64,000 bases of DNA from Acidobacteriota bacterium (GCA_015486055.1 WFSJ01000018.1:34179-98178), one strand, 5' to 3'; shown: positions 47,648-56,890, counted from the stretch's first letter. Notes: generated by a model not told the origin, from the letters alone. Made by a program: numbers and translations.

Positions 47648-48041
47648 GGATTATCCTTGCCCTCAGGATTTCTCTCCTGTTTTCAATGTTAATTCTATGA
47701 AGGGTTATTGCCTTAATATAATTCTGCGGGGTTCCTCCCAGCTTTCCCACATTGAGAGTTGAGTCTAAATTGTTCTTTCCTATTTCCATCATTTTTACAT
47801 TGATTGGCAGAAGGAACTCCGAATCGTAAAAGAACAAAAGCTCCGAAAGCCATAGGAAAAGCCCTATTTCAATTTTCTCGAAGACTAAATTTATTTTCCT
47901 TTCTCCCTCAGGGTTTAGTTTTTTTCTCCCGCCAATTATCCTTCTTAAAGCGAAGGTTGCGTTTTTGAAAATTTCCTTCAGGGATTTTCCATATATGAAA
48001 ATTCCCATGTCCGCTGTGGTAGGAAAAGTTCTATATCTCAA
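47637..48041 (-). CDS. Archease-like protein
   Basis: FPTTADMGIFIYGKSLKEIFKNATFAL resembles the archease EHTADIG...LEELF N-terminus. C-terminal KAITLHRINIE resembles KAVTYH. Confidence 0.5.
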   Translation of the reverse strand: MRYRTFPTTADMGIFIYGKSLKEIFKNATFALRRIIGGRKKLNPEGERKINLVFEKIEIGLFLWLSELLFFYDSEFLLPINVKMMEIGKNNLDSTLNVGKLGGTPQNYIKAITLHRINIENRREILRARIILDL

Positions 48042-48852
48042 TTCCTCTTTTCCCTGCTAAGGCGATATTCGCCCTTATGAAGCCTTCAGGACTTCCTATG
48101 TCAAATCTTTTGCCTTCAAATCTGTAACCGAGGAGATTTCCTTCCTTTGCAAGATAATTAAGAGCATCTGTGAGCTGGATCTCTTTGTCCCTTCCAGGAG
48201 GTGTTTTCTCAAGGACAGGGAAAATTTCAGGGGTAAGGATGTATCTACCAATCACAGCAAGATTGGAGGGAGCTTCTCTAATGGGAGGCTTTTCAACAAG
48301 GGAGTCTATCTTATATGTTTTCTCCTTTATTTTTTTGCCCTTTACTATCCCATAGGCTGAAACCCTGTCTCTTTTCACTTGTTCAAGAGCTACAACAGCT
48401 TTCCCTGTCTTTAAGAAGACCTCCATCATCTGGGAAAGAACTGGTTTTTCCGAGATTATAAAATCATCAGGGAGAAGCACAGAGAAAGGTTCACTCCCGA
48501 CTATTTCCTTCGCTTTCAGGACGGCATGTCCAAGGCCCTTGGGTATTCCCTGCCTTACAGAGAGCACTTCTCCCATTTCTGAAATTGACCTTATAAGTTC
48601 GGCAAGCTCTTTTTCCCCTTTTGTTCTTAAGATGTTCTCAAGTTCCGTTTCCCTATCAAAGTAATTTATAATGGGTTCTTTTCCTTTTGCGGTGATGAAA
48701 ATTATCCAGTCAAAACCGCTCTTTAAAGCTTCTTCCACTGTGTAATGTATTGCAGGCCTATCGAAAATTGGAAGGAGTTCCTTAGGAATGGACTTTGTTG
48801 CTGGAAGCATCCTGGTCCCATATCCAGCAACAGGGAAAACAGCCTTTCTCAT
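48031..48852 (-). CDS. galU: UTP--glucose-1-phosphate uridylyltransferase
   Basis: AVFPVAGYGTRMLPATKSIPKELLPI and KPVLSQMME...VKGK are GalU-type. Confidence 0.8.
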   Translation of the reverse strand: MRKAVFPVAGYGTRMLPATKSIPKELLPIFDRPAIHYTVEEALKSGFDWIIFITAKGKEPIINYFDRETELENILRTKGEKELAELIRSISEMGEVLSVRQGIPKGLGHAVLKAKEIVGSEPFSVLLPDDFIISEKPVLSQMMEVFLKTGKAVVALEQVKRDRVSAYGIVKGKKIKEKTYKIDSLVEKPPIREAPSNLAVIGRYILTPEIFPVLEKTPPGRDKEIQLTDALNYLAKEGNLLGYRFEGKRFDIGSPEGFIRANIALAGKRGIEI

Positions 48853-48860
48853 GTTTTTTA

Positions 48861-48934
48861 TGGACGGTAGGGGATTCGAACCCCTGACCTTTGGCGTGCG
48901 AAACCAACGCTCTCCCGCCTGAGCTAACCGCCCC
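48861..48934 (-). tRNA. tRNA-Ala (anticodon CGC)
   Basis: Reverse complement GGGGCGGTTAGCTCAGGCGGGAGAGCGTTGGTTTCGCACGCCAAAGGTCAGGGGTTCGAATCCCCTACCGTCCA. D-loop, anticodon stem-loop (TTCGCAC) and TPsiC arm align with tRNA-Ala. My hand fold leaves the acceptor stem imperfect. Confidence 0.7.
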
Positions 48935-48945
48935 TTTTTATTATA

Positions 48946-50295
48946 TCAAAAATAAATGATAAACTCTGAAGAAGAAGGTCTGGTCTCTATATACTTTATT
49001 TCTTCTCTCTTCGTTTTTATCCATTTCTCAATGAGTGGGAGTGAGAATACCCCTTTTTCCAGAAGGTATTCATGATCATCTTCAAGTTCCTTAAGAGCTT
49101 CCTGAAGGGAAGAAGGCATATTTTCCTTTATGAAGGCTTTTCCCTTTTCCATAGGGCCATAGCCCATTTCTACGGGGTCAAGCTTCCTTTTAATCCCGTC
49201 AATACCTGCCATTATTATGGACGCCAAGATCAAATAGGGATTTCCTGTAAGGTCAGGAGTCCTGAGCTCTATCCTCGTTCTCATAGGATCTTTTATATAT
49301 CCGGGTATTCTTATTGCAGAAGCCCTGTTGCCTTTGGCAAAACTTATGGATGAAGGAGATTCAAGCCCTCCTGTTAGTCTTTTGTATGAATTTGTGGAAG
49401 CATTGGTGAATGCAGCTAAGGATTTTGCATGATAAAGAAGGCCTCCAATATAATTCATCGCTGTTTTGCTGAGGTTGGCATAACCGTCCTCGCTGTAAAA
49501 AACATTTTCATCCCCATTTACCATAAATTGGTGCAGATGCCAGCCTGTTCCTGCCTCTCCAAAAAGAGGCTTTGGCATAAAGGTGAGGTAAAGTCCAGAC
49601 TGGCGGGCTAAGTTCTTTAAGAGGTATTTAACCTTTATAGCGTTATCAGCAGTTTTTATTGTGGAGGTGAATCTTGTCTCTATTTCTTGCTGACCTGAGG
49701 GGCCTACCTCGTGATGGTGATATTTCACTTCTATTCCCCTCGCCTGGAGGAGTTTTACAGCAGAATTTCTGAATTCTGCGAATTCATCTTCGGGCATTTC
49801 CCTGTGATATCCATTAAAGAAGGTTCCTTCCTCTGAATTTAGATGAAACCCTCCACTTAGAGGTTCGAAATAGAATTCAGCATTTTTGAAAAGGTAAAAC
49901 TCATATTCAGGCCCCCAGAATATATCACTCCCAATATTTTCTTTTTTCAGTAGGGAAAAGCTCTTCTCTAAAACATATCTTGGGTCCATCTCATACCTTG
50001 TTCTTTTGGGGTCAGGAAGATGTATTGTGGTAAGGAAAGAAATGTTGGAGGTATTTTGAAATGGGTCCTCAAATCCTGTTTCAATTTCAGGAATGAGAAC
50101 CATATCAGAGGACTCAATCTTAACAAGATTATAGCTTGAGCCATCAAAACCCACACCCTCCTTTATTGCTTTTTCGATGAAATATTCAACAGGAAGAGTT
50201 ACATGGTGAAGTCTTCCAGGAAGGTCAACGGCCTTGAGATCTACAGTTTTTACTTTCTTGCTTTCGATGAGCTTTAAAACCTTTTCCATTTCCAC
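48946..50295 (-). CDS. glnA: Glutamine synthetase
   Basis: MPKPLFGEAGTGWHLHQ, NGYHRE...E motifs and a type I GS-like length (449 aa). Confidence 0.85.
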   Translation of the reverse strand: MEMEKVLKLIESKKVKTVDLKAVDLPGRLHHVTLPVEYFIEKAIKEGVGFDGSSYNLVKIESSDMVLIPEIETGFEDPFQNTSNISFLTTIHLPDPKRTRYEMDPRYVLEKSFSLLKKENIGSDIFWGPEYEFYLFKNAEFYFEPLSGGFHLNSEEGTFFNGYHREMPEDEFAEFRNSAVKLLQARGIEVKYHHHEVGPSGQQEIETRFTSTIKTADNAIKVKYLLKNLARQSGLYLTFMPKPLFGEAGTGWHLHQFMVNGDENVFYSEDGYANLSKTAMNYIGGLLYHAKSLAAFTNASTNSYKRLTGGLESPSSISFAKGNRASAIRIPGYIKDPMRTRIELRTPDLTGNPYLILASIIMAGIDGIKRKLDPVEMGYGPMEKGKAFIKENMPSSLQEALKELEDDHEYLLEKGVFSLPLIEKWIKTKREEIKYIETRPSSSEFIIYF

Positions 50296-50317
50296 CTCCA
50301 GTGCTATTATATCAAAT

Positions 50318-51532
50318 ATGGGAGAGAATGAACAGATGGAGGTAGAAAAGGACAGACTTAAAAGGGAATTAGATTTTCTTGGGAATGCAGATTACAGGGA
50401 GATATTTATTGAAGTATCCAGCAAATTTGAAATAAGAGATAGGAAGGGAAGGATAAAACAACAACTTATTTTGAACCATGGCAGCTCGGCAAGAACTATA
50501 ATCCAGGGTCAAGAAGCCATGTTTTCCTCACCTTCTCTCTATCCACAGAAAGGTGAAGTGCCGGAGAATTACCCTAATCATGACTTGCCCTCCCTTGTGA
50601 AACTGATCAAAGAGCTGAGGGAAAAAACAGATAAAGGAGAAATTACAGTCAGGAGTTTCAAAAGGAAAGTTTTTGTTTTCAACGATGAAGGTCTTAAGCA
50701 AAAAGAGGAATCTTTTATTTCAGTTAAGATGAAAGATGGAGATGTAATTTTAAGGTGGGCTTCTCCAAATAAAAGGCCGGCTGTTGATTTTCTTTACAAT
50801 GAATTTAAAACAAGGATTGAGGAAAGAAAAAAGACCAGACCCCTTCCAAAGGAAGGGGAAATCAGTTTCCTTGTGGAAGGAGAAGGTGGAGGAACCCTTA
50901 TTCATGAAATATTCTGGCATCCTTTAGAATTGGATTTTATACTTGAGGAAAATTCTCCATTTTCAGTGGAGGATCTGGGGAGGAAAATTACCTCAGAGGA
51001 AATATCAATTTACTCAAAGGGAAAAGGCATAGATGATGAAGGAAGCGAGCTTTCTCTCCATCCAATAGTTGAGGAGGGAATTCTTGCTTCCTTTCCCTCT
51101 TCAAGGTTAACCTCTTTGGTTTCGGGGTTACCTCTTGTGCCCCATGGGAGAAGAGAGAATTATCATTATCCTACCCTTGTTAGACCGCTCCACACTGTGG
51201 TTCTTCCTGGGAAGGAAAGCTATCTTGAGCTGCTTTCCAGAGTTAAAGAAGGGTGTTTTATAACAGAATTTTCAGGTGGGGAGATTGACCTAAAATCGAA
51301 ATGGGCTTACCTGACTGTTTCCAGGGGATACTGGATAGAGAAAGGGAGGGTGAAATTTCCCTTAAAGCCTTTTCTTGTTGCTATATCTCTGCCCCTTCTG
51401 GAAGGAGAGATATCCGTAGGGGCGGAATCCTTTGTTGAAGAGGGCCTTTTCTGTCATAAACGGTCTCAGGTCGTGAGATATTCCTCAGAGACACCAAATT
51501 TTATGGTTAAGGGTTATGGAAAGTCTGTATAA
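50318..51532 (+). CDS. TldD/PmbA-family putative metalloprotease (short form)
   Basis: GGTLIHEIFWHPLE has the HExxxH within a TldD-like GGxLxHE context. Start taken at internal MGENEQ after the glnA start. Confidence 0.5.
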   Translation: MGENEQMEVEKDRLKRELDFLGNADYREIFIEVSSKFEIRDRKGRIKQQLILNHGSSARTIIQGQEAMFSSPSLYPQKGEVPENYPNHDLPSLVKLIKELREKTDKGEITVRSFKRKVFVFNDEGLKQKEESFISVKMKDGDVILRWASPNKRPAVDFLYNEFKTRIEERKKTRPLPKEGEISFLVEGEGGGTLIHEIFWHPLELDFILEENSPFSVEDLGRKITSEEISIYSKGKGIDDEGSELSLHPIVEEGILASFPSSRLTSLVSGLPLVPHGRRENYHYPTLVRPLHTVVLPGKESYLELLSRVKEGCFITEFSGGEIDLKSKWAYLTVSRGYWIEKGRVKFPLKPFLVAISLPLLEGEISVGAESFVEEGLFCHKRSQVVRYSSETPNFMVKGYGKSV

Positions 51533-52517
51533 AGGATCTAACATATTGCTCGAGGAACTCAGGGAGAAAGAAATTGAAGGAGAGGTATGGGCTTTCAAGG
51601 AAAAATGGGCAGAAATTGAGAGGGGTAGACCAGAAAGAATAGCGGCAGGGAAAGAGCACGGGTTTGCACTGAGATGGAGAAAGGAAAGAGGAGGGACTTT
51701 TTTTCAATATACCCATGAAGCAAATCTTTCATTTGATTACTATCCTCTTATTATAAGTGAACCTGTGGATTTTCCCCTTCCCTCCGTCAACAAGTCATCA
51801 AAAGTATTAATTCATGACCCGGGTGGAATCACCTTTTTAAAGGGTCTAAGGCTTCCAGAGGACGTGGTCTATTACAGAGAAGTTGAAAGGTCTGTTTCCT
51901 TAATGAACACAAAAGGTTACAGGGGGGAATATAAAGAAACATCATTTTTATACACTTACAGGGAGGGAGACCTTGAATACAATGTTTGGACAAGGAAAAG
52001 GAAGAGGATAAACCCCCTCAGGGAAAGGTATGGAAGGAAATTAGTTCTCCACCCCGTAGTTACTTACAAATTGATAAATTATATTCTTTCTTCAAATATT
52101 CCCAACCTGAAGGATGTACAAATATCCATATTAGAAAATCCCAAGATAAACTTTGCTCCTGGTAGTTATCCCTTTGATGCTATTGGTATGGAAATGAAAA
52201 AGAGGGAAATATTCAAGAAAGGAAAACTCCTTTCCAAAAAGCCAGTTCATTATCTCAGGTTTTATCCCGAAAGCCCTCCATCGCTCCAATGGACAAACAT
52301 TGAGGTTTCCCTCCCTTATGTGAACTGCGAGGATTACTCCATAATAAAAGATATGTACATTTTCAGAGAATCAATTTCCCTTAAAGGGGAAAAAACTTAC
52401 ACATTTTCTGGGGGGATTGAGAATTTGCTAAAAAGGATAGAGGGTAAAATTGCAGATGGCTGGTTTATAGGCCCCCCTTTCATAAAATCTGATTATATTT
52501 TGGTTAACCCAAGTTAA
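51516..52517 (+). CDS. TldE/PmbA-like partner protein (no HExxxH)
   Basis: Overlaps the upstream gene by 17 nt. Weak family resemblance only. Confidence 0.35.
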   Translation: MESLYKGSNILLEELREKEIEGEVWAFKEKWAEIERGRPERIAAGKEHGFALRWRKERGGTFFQYTHEANLSFDYYPLIISEPVDFPLPSVNKSSKVLIHDPGGITFLKGLRLPEDVVYYREVERSVSLMNTKGYRGEYKETSFLYTYREGDLEYNVWTRKRKRINPLRERYGRKLVLHPVVTYKLINYILSSNIPNLKDVQISILENPKINFAPGSYPFDAIGMEMKKREIFKKGKLLSKKPVHYLRFYPESPPSLQWTNIEVSLPYVNCEDYSIIKDMYIFRESISLKGEKTYTFSGGIENLLKRIEGKIADGWFIGPPFIKSDYILVNPS

Positions 52518-52633
52518 TATTCGTAATCTTCCTGGAACTCAGGGAACCTGTCCTTTATCGTTTTTTTCCCGATAAAGTATCCGAAGAAAAAGGCTGTTCC
52601 AACAGCTAAAAAGAAGAAAAAGGAACTTTTCAT
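52514..52633 (-). CDS. 39-aa single-TM micro-protein (MKSSFFFFLAVGTAFFFGYFIGKKTIKDRFPEFQEDYEY)
   Basis: Absent from the ORF track (under 60 aa). A perfect AGGAGG sits 7 nt upstream of the ATG. Confidence 0.35.
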   Translation of the reverse strand: MKSSFFFFLAVGTAFFFGYFIGKKTIKDRFPEFQEDYEY

Positions 52634-52743
52634 TTTATCCTCCTGTTTATAGTTTATTACAATATTATCCCAGTGTGTCAAGTTCTTGACTTGCTAACCT
52701 TTTTTCTTTAAACTTTTTTCGTAAAAAATGTTAGGAGGTAAAA

Positions 52744-53451
52744 ATGAGGAAGATATTAATTCTCGTTGGAATGTTAGTTCTGGCATTTTCCAGTTTTGCC
52801 ATGGAAATTAAAGTCGGGAAAACTGATATGGAATGCTCTTTATTGATTCTAAAGAAAGAACCTAGAGCGAAAATTCTTTCCTCAATGGGAAAGGAATACG
52901 AAATGGCGTCTTTTTCGGATGGGAGTCTGGTATTTGTAAAGGGTAAGAGCCTCAAAAATGGAGGAGTTTACTTGATATTGAGTAGAAGAAGTAAACTTCC
53001 TCATGGGAGTTCGATTTACAGGATGGCGGGCTATGGAAAAGTTCTTAGGTTTGAAAGCGGGAAGGCTGTGGTTAAAGTGGAGAAGACATGCACTGCTGTG
53101 CACATTGGAGATTATCTTATCAGTTTTGTCCCCGAGGAGGAATTTGTTTTGAAGGTTCCTCCAATAAAAGAAGAAACGGTGGCACCTGAAGGTCCTTCTT
53201 TCTCAATTGTTTATATTGAGTCTGGGTTCCACCAGATTGGGGATGGCAGTTGGGCAGTGGTAAATGCAGGAGAAAAAGAAGGCCTCAAAAAAGGGGTTGT
53301 CCTTTCTATTTTTAGGGAGCTTGACGGAGTAAAAAAACCCATATCGAAGGCAGTTGTTATAAGAACATTTAATGGATTCTCTGTAGTAAGATTCTTTTCG
53401 GCAATTGACGCCGTGAAGAAAGGCGATTTAGCTTATAAGGGGAATAAATAA
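52744..53451 (+). CDS. Secreted hypothetical protein with two similar beta-rich half-domains
   Basis: Signal peptide MRKILILVGMLVLAFSSFA. Internal repeat (...GKAVVKVEKT... and ...SKAVVIRTFN...VKKGDLAY). Confidence 0.45.
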   Translation: MRKILILVGMLVLAFSSFAMEIKVGKTDMECSLLILKKEPRAKILSSMGKEYEMASFSDGSLVFVKGKSLKNGGVYLILSRRSKLPHGSSIYRMAGYGKVLRFESGKAVVKVEKTCTAVHIGDYLISFVPEEEFVLKVPPIKEETVAPEGPSFSIVYIESGFHQIGDGSWAVVNAGEKEGLKKGVVLSIFRELDGVKKPISKAVVIRTFNGFSVVRFFSAIDAVKKGDLAYKGNK

Positions 53452-53467
53452 GATATAGGGGGAAGAA

Positions 53468-53677
53468 ATGGAGAGAAGAAACTTATCTTCAAAGACCATA
53501 AGAATTGAAAATAAGAAATTTCATTTTGACCTCATGGAGAACCATAGAGGGAAGTATTTGAGAATAACAGAAAGAAGCGGGGGAAAATCCAGCATAGTAA
53601 TACCTGAAAGTGGATTGGAGGATTTCAGGGAAGCGTTTATAACATTCTTAGAGGAATTTAAATCCAGAGAGACGTAG
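53468..53677 (+). CDS. Bacterial PUR-alpha-like nucleic-acid-binding protein (DUF3276-like)
   Basis: KKFHFDLMENHRGKYLRITERSGGKSSIVIPESGLEDF resembles a Pur repeat. Confidence 0.45.
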   Translation: MERRNLSSKTIRIENKKFHFDLMENHRGKYLRITERSGGKSSIVIPESGLEDFREAFITFLEEFKSRET

Positions 53678-53727
53678 ATTAAGTTCCTCGTTTAATTACT
53701 TTCAAATTTTAATAAAAGGAGGTTCCT

Positions 53728-55044
53728 GTGAAAAAAAGAGTTCTCATAATGGGGGCAGCAGGGAGAGATTTTCATAATTTTAATGTTTATTTCAGGGATA
53801 AAGAGGAATATGAAGTTGTGGCTTTTACAGCTACCCAGATTCCCAATATAGAAGGGAGGGTGTATCCAGCTGAGCTTGCCGGGAAGCTTTATCCCAAAGG
53901 GATTCCAATTTACTCCGAAACTCAGCTTGAGGAAATTATAAAAAGGGAAAAAATAGATAAAGTTATATTTGCCTACAGCGATGTTTCCCACGAATATGTA
54001 ATGCACAAGGCATCTAAGGCCCTGGCTGCCGGGGCATCCTTTGTTCTTTTGGGTCCTTCGGAGACCATGATAAGTTCAAAGCTTCCCGTCATATCAGTTT
54101 GTGCAGTGAGGACAGGGTGTGGAAAGAGTCAAACAAGTAGAAAGATAGTGAAAATTCTAAGGGCACATGGGAAAAAAGTAGCAGTAATTCGCCATCCTAT
54201 GCCCTATGGAGATCTTATTGCCCAAAGGGTTCAGAGGTTCGCTTCCCTTAAGGATATGGATAAGGCAAGATGCACGATTGAGGAGAGAGAAGAATATGAG
54301 CCTCATATAAAAAATGGAGCCGTTGTATGGGCAGGCGTTGATTATGAGGCGATATTAACGGAGGCAGAGAAAGAAGCAGAGATAATACTTTGGGACGGTG
54401 GAAACAATGACCTTCCTTTCTATAGGTCCGATCTTCATTTTGTAGTGGCAGATCCACATAGACCTGGTCATGAGCTTATGTATTATCCTGGAGAGGCCAA
54501 TTTCAGGATGGCTGATGTGATAATAATTAACAAGGAGGAAACAGCCAGTAGGGGAGGGGTTGAAACTATATGGGATAACATAAAGAAATATAACCCCAAC
54601 GCGATTGTCATAGATGCTGCCTCTCCTTTGTTTGTAGAGAACTGGCAGGAAATAGCGGGTAAGAAAGTTCTTGTAATTGAGGATGGACCCACTGTTACCC
54701 ATGGAGGCATGGGATATGGAGCAGGATTTATGGCTGCAAAAAAATACGGAGCTGCTGAGATCATAAGCCCAAAGCCCTTTGCCGTGGGTTCGATAATAGA
54801 TACGTTTAATAAATATCCTCACCTTAAAGAAGTTCTTCCTGCCATGGGTTATAGTAAGAAACAGATAGATGAACTTGAAAAGACTGTTAATGGTTCGGAC
54901 GCAGAGCTTGTAATAATAGCAACGCCAATAGACCTTGGAAAGCTCATGAAAATAAGCAAGAAGAACTTAAGGGTTCTTTATGAACTTCAGGAGATAGGGT
55001 CTCCCACTTTAGAGGATGTTCTAAAACAGAGAAATTTAATATGA
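53728..55044 (+). CDS. Two-domain protein with a P-loop-like segment. Function unknown, possibly related to cyclic-2,3-diphosphoglycerate-synthetase-like proteins
   Basis: N-terminal Rossmann-like VLIMGAAGRDFHNFNV. Walker-A-like RTGCGKSQTSRKI. 438 aa. Family assignment is tentative. Confidence 0.4.
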   Translation: MKKRVLIMGAAGRDFHNFNVYFRDKEEYEVVAFTATQIPNIEGRVYPAELAGKLYPKGIPIYSETQLEEIIKREKIDKVIFAYSDVSHEYVMHKASKALAAGASFVLLGPSETMISSKLPVISVCAVRTGCGKSQTSRKIVKILRAHGKKVAVIRHPMPYGDLIAQRVQRFASLKDMDKARCTIEEREEYEPHIKNGAVVWAGVDYEAILTEAEKEAEIILWDGGNNDLPFYRSDLHFVVADPHRPGHELMYYPGEANFRMADVIIINKEETASRGGVETIWDNIKKYNPNAIVIDAASPLFVENWQEIAGKKVLVIEDGPTVTHGGMGYGAGFMAAKKYGAAEIISPKPFAVGSIIDTFNKYPHLKEVLPAMGYSKKQIDELEKTVNGSDAELVIIATPIDLGKLMKISKKNLRVLYELQEIGSPTLEDVLKQRNLI

Positions 55045-55991
55045 GAAGAGTAGCAATAATTGCTTTTGGGGGGAATGCTATTCTTCCTGCAGATATTAAG
55101 GGATCTCAGGAAGAGCAATTTGAAAGGGCAAGACAAGCAGCGGAACAGATTTCTGAGCTTGCAAAGAGAAATTATGATCTTGTGGTGGTCCACGGGAATG
55201 GACCTCAGGTGGGGAATCTTCTTCTCCAGATGGATATTGCCTCCCAGCTTATTTCTCCTTTTACGATTGAGGTGGCGGATGCCATGACAGAAGGTTCCAT
55301 GGGATACATGCTGCAAATATGGCTTGAGAATTATATGAGGAAGTTATCCTTAGATAAGGAGGTAACAACTGTGCTTACTCCTGTTCTCGTTGATCCCGAA
55401 GACCATGCATTTAAGAATCCTACAAAGCCGGTTGGACCTTTTTACACTGAGGAAAGGGCACGGGGGCTTGCAAAAGAAAAGGGATGGAAAATTGTTGAGG
55501 ATTCCGGGAGAGGATGGAGAAGGGTTGTCCCATCACCAAAGCCAATAGACGTCTTGAATAAGAGGATAATAAAGGCACTTGTGGATAAGGGGATGATAGT
55601 AATTGCTGGAGGGGGAGGAGGGATACCTGTAGTGATAAACAAGGATGGATTGATAATGGGGGTTGAAGCGGTTATAGATAAGGACCTTACAGCTTCTCTT
55701 ATAGCAAGGATAGTAAAAGCAGACCTACTGATAACTCTTACTGCAGTTGACCAAGTGTATGTTAATTATGGAAGGCCGACTCAAAGGCCTTTGAGAAAAA
55801 CAACTACAGAAGAGCTGGGGAGATACCTTCAGGAAGGTCAATTTCCCCAGGGTTCGATGGGCCCGAAAATTCAGGCCGCAATTGAATTCCTTGAGGATGG
55901 AGGCAAAGAGGTCTTGATCACGTCAACAAAGAAGATAAAAGCTGCCCTTGACGGTAGGGCAGGAACGATAATTTCGGGAGGAACACCATGA
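55041..55991 (+). CDS. arcC: Carbamate kinase
   Basis: VAIIAFGGNAILP...VVVHGNGPQVGNLLLQ and a C-terminal GGGGIPV-type motif. Confidence 0.9.
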   Translation: MRRVAIIAFGGNAILPADIKGSQEEQFERARQAAEQISELAKRNYDLVVVHGNGPQVGNLLLQMDIASQLISPFTIEVADAMTEGSMGYMLQIWLENYMRKLSLDKEVTTVLTPVLVDPEDHAFKNPTKPVGPFYTEERARGLAKEKGWKIVEDSGRGWRRVVPSPKPIDVLNKRIIKALVDKGMIVIAGGGGGIPVVINKDGLIMGVEAVIDKDLTASLIARIVKADLLITLTAVDQVYVNYGRPTQRPLRKTTTEELGRYLQEGQFPQGSMGPKIQAAIEFLEDGGKEVLITSTKKIKAALDGRAGTIISGGTP

Positions 55992-56890
55992 AGAAAGATC
56001 TTCTTACAATAAAGGATCTTACAAGCAAAGAGATATTTGACCTGTTTAAGCTTGCAAAGGATATGAAACAGAAACCCGACGCTTATAGGCAGGTGCTTAA
56101 AGGCAAAGTGCTCGCTATGATTTTTGAAAAGCCCTCTCTCAGAACGAGAGTTACCTTTGAGACTGGAATTTATCAGCTTGGAGGCATAGGAATATACCTT
56201 GCTCCTCAAGATATTAAGCTGGGCAAGAGAGAATCAGTAGAAGATGTTGCAAGAAACCTTTCAAGATGGGTTGATGGGATAATGATAAGAACATTCGCCC
56301 AGAAAATCCTTGAAAAAATGAGTGAGAATGCGAGCATTCCAGTTATAAACGCCCTATCAGACCTTTACCATCCTTGCCAGATTCTCGCTGACCTGTTTAC
56401 AATTTGGGAAAGGGGACACGACCTTTCGAAGTTTACCCTGGCTTATGTGGGAGATGGCAATAATATAGCTCATTCTTTTATTTGGGGCGCGGTAAGGACA
56501 GGATTCAAACTCAGAATAGCAACCCCTAAGGGCTATGAACCTAAAGAGGAAATATTGGGGGAAGCAAGAAAGGAAAAGGCCGATATAAAACTTTATATAA
56601 ACCCTAAGGAAGCCGTGAGGAATGCGAATGCAGTCTATACAGATGTTTGGACTTCTATGGGTCAGGAGGAAGAGAGGGAGAAGAGACTTAAAGTTTTCCC
56701 TCCGTATCAGGTTAACATGGAACTTTTCAGCTTCGCAAAAAAGGATGCTTATTTTATGCACTGTCTTCCTGCCCACAGGGGAGAGGAAGTTACTAATGAA
56801 GTTATAGATTCTTCTCGTTCAATAGTCCTTGACCAGGCAGAAAATAGGCTTCACATTCAGAAAGCTGTGATGAAGAGGCTTATGGGGTAA
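55988..56890 (+). CDS. argF: Ornithine carbamoyltransferase
   Basis: STRTR carbamoyl-phosphate site (SLRTRVTFE), HPCQ, HCLPAHRGEEV. Confidence 0.9.
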   Translation: MKKDLLTIKDLTSKEIFDLFKLAKDMKQKPDAYRQVLKGKVLAMIFEKPSLRTRVTFETGIYQLGGIGIYLAPQDIKLGKRESVEDVARNLSRWVDGIMIRTFAQKILEKMSENASIPVINALSDLYHPCQILADLFTIWERGHDLSKFTLAYVGDGNNIAHSFIWGAVRTGFKLRIATPKGYEPKEEILGEARKEKADIKLYINPKEAVRNANAVYTDVWTSMGQEEEREKRLKVFPPYQVNMELFSFAKKDAYFMHCLPAHRGEEVTNEVIDSSRSIVLDQAENRLHIQKAVMKRLMG

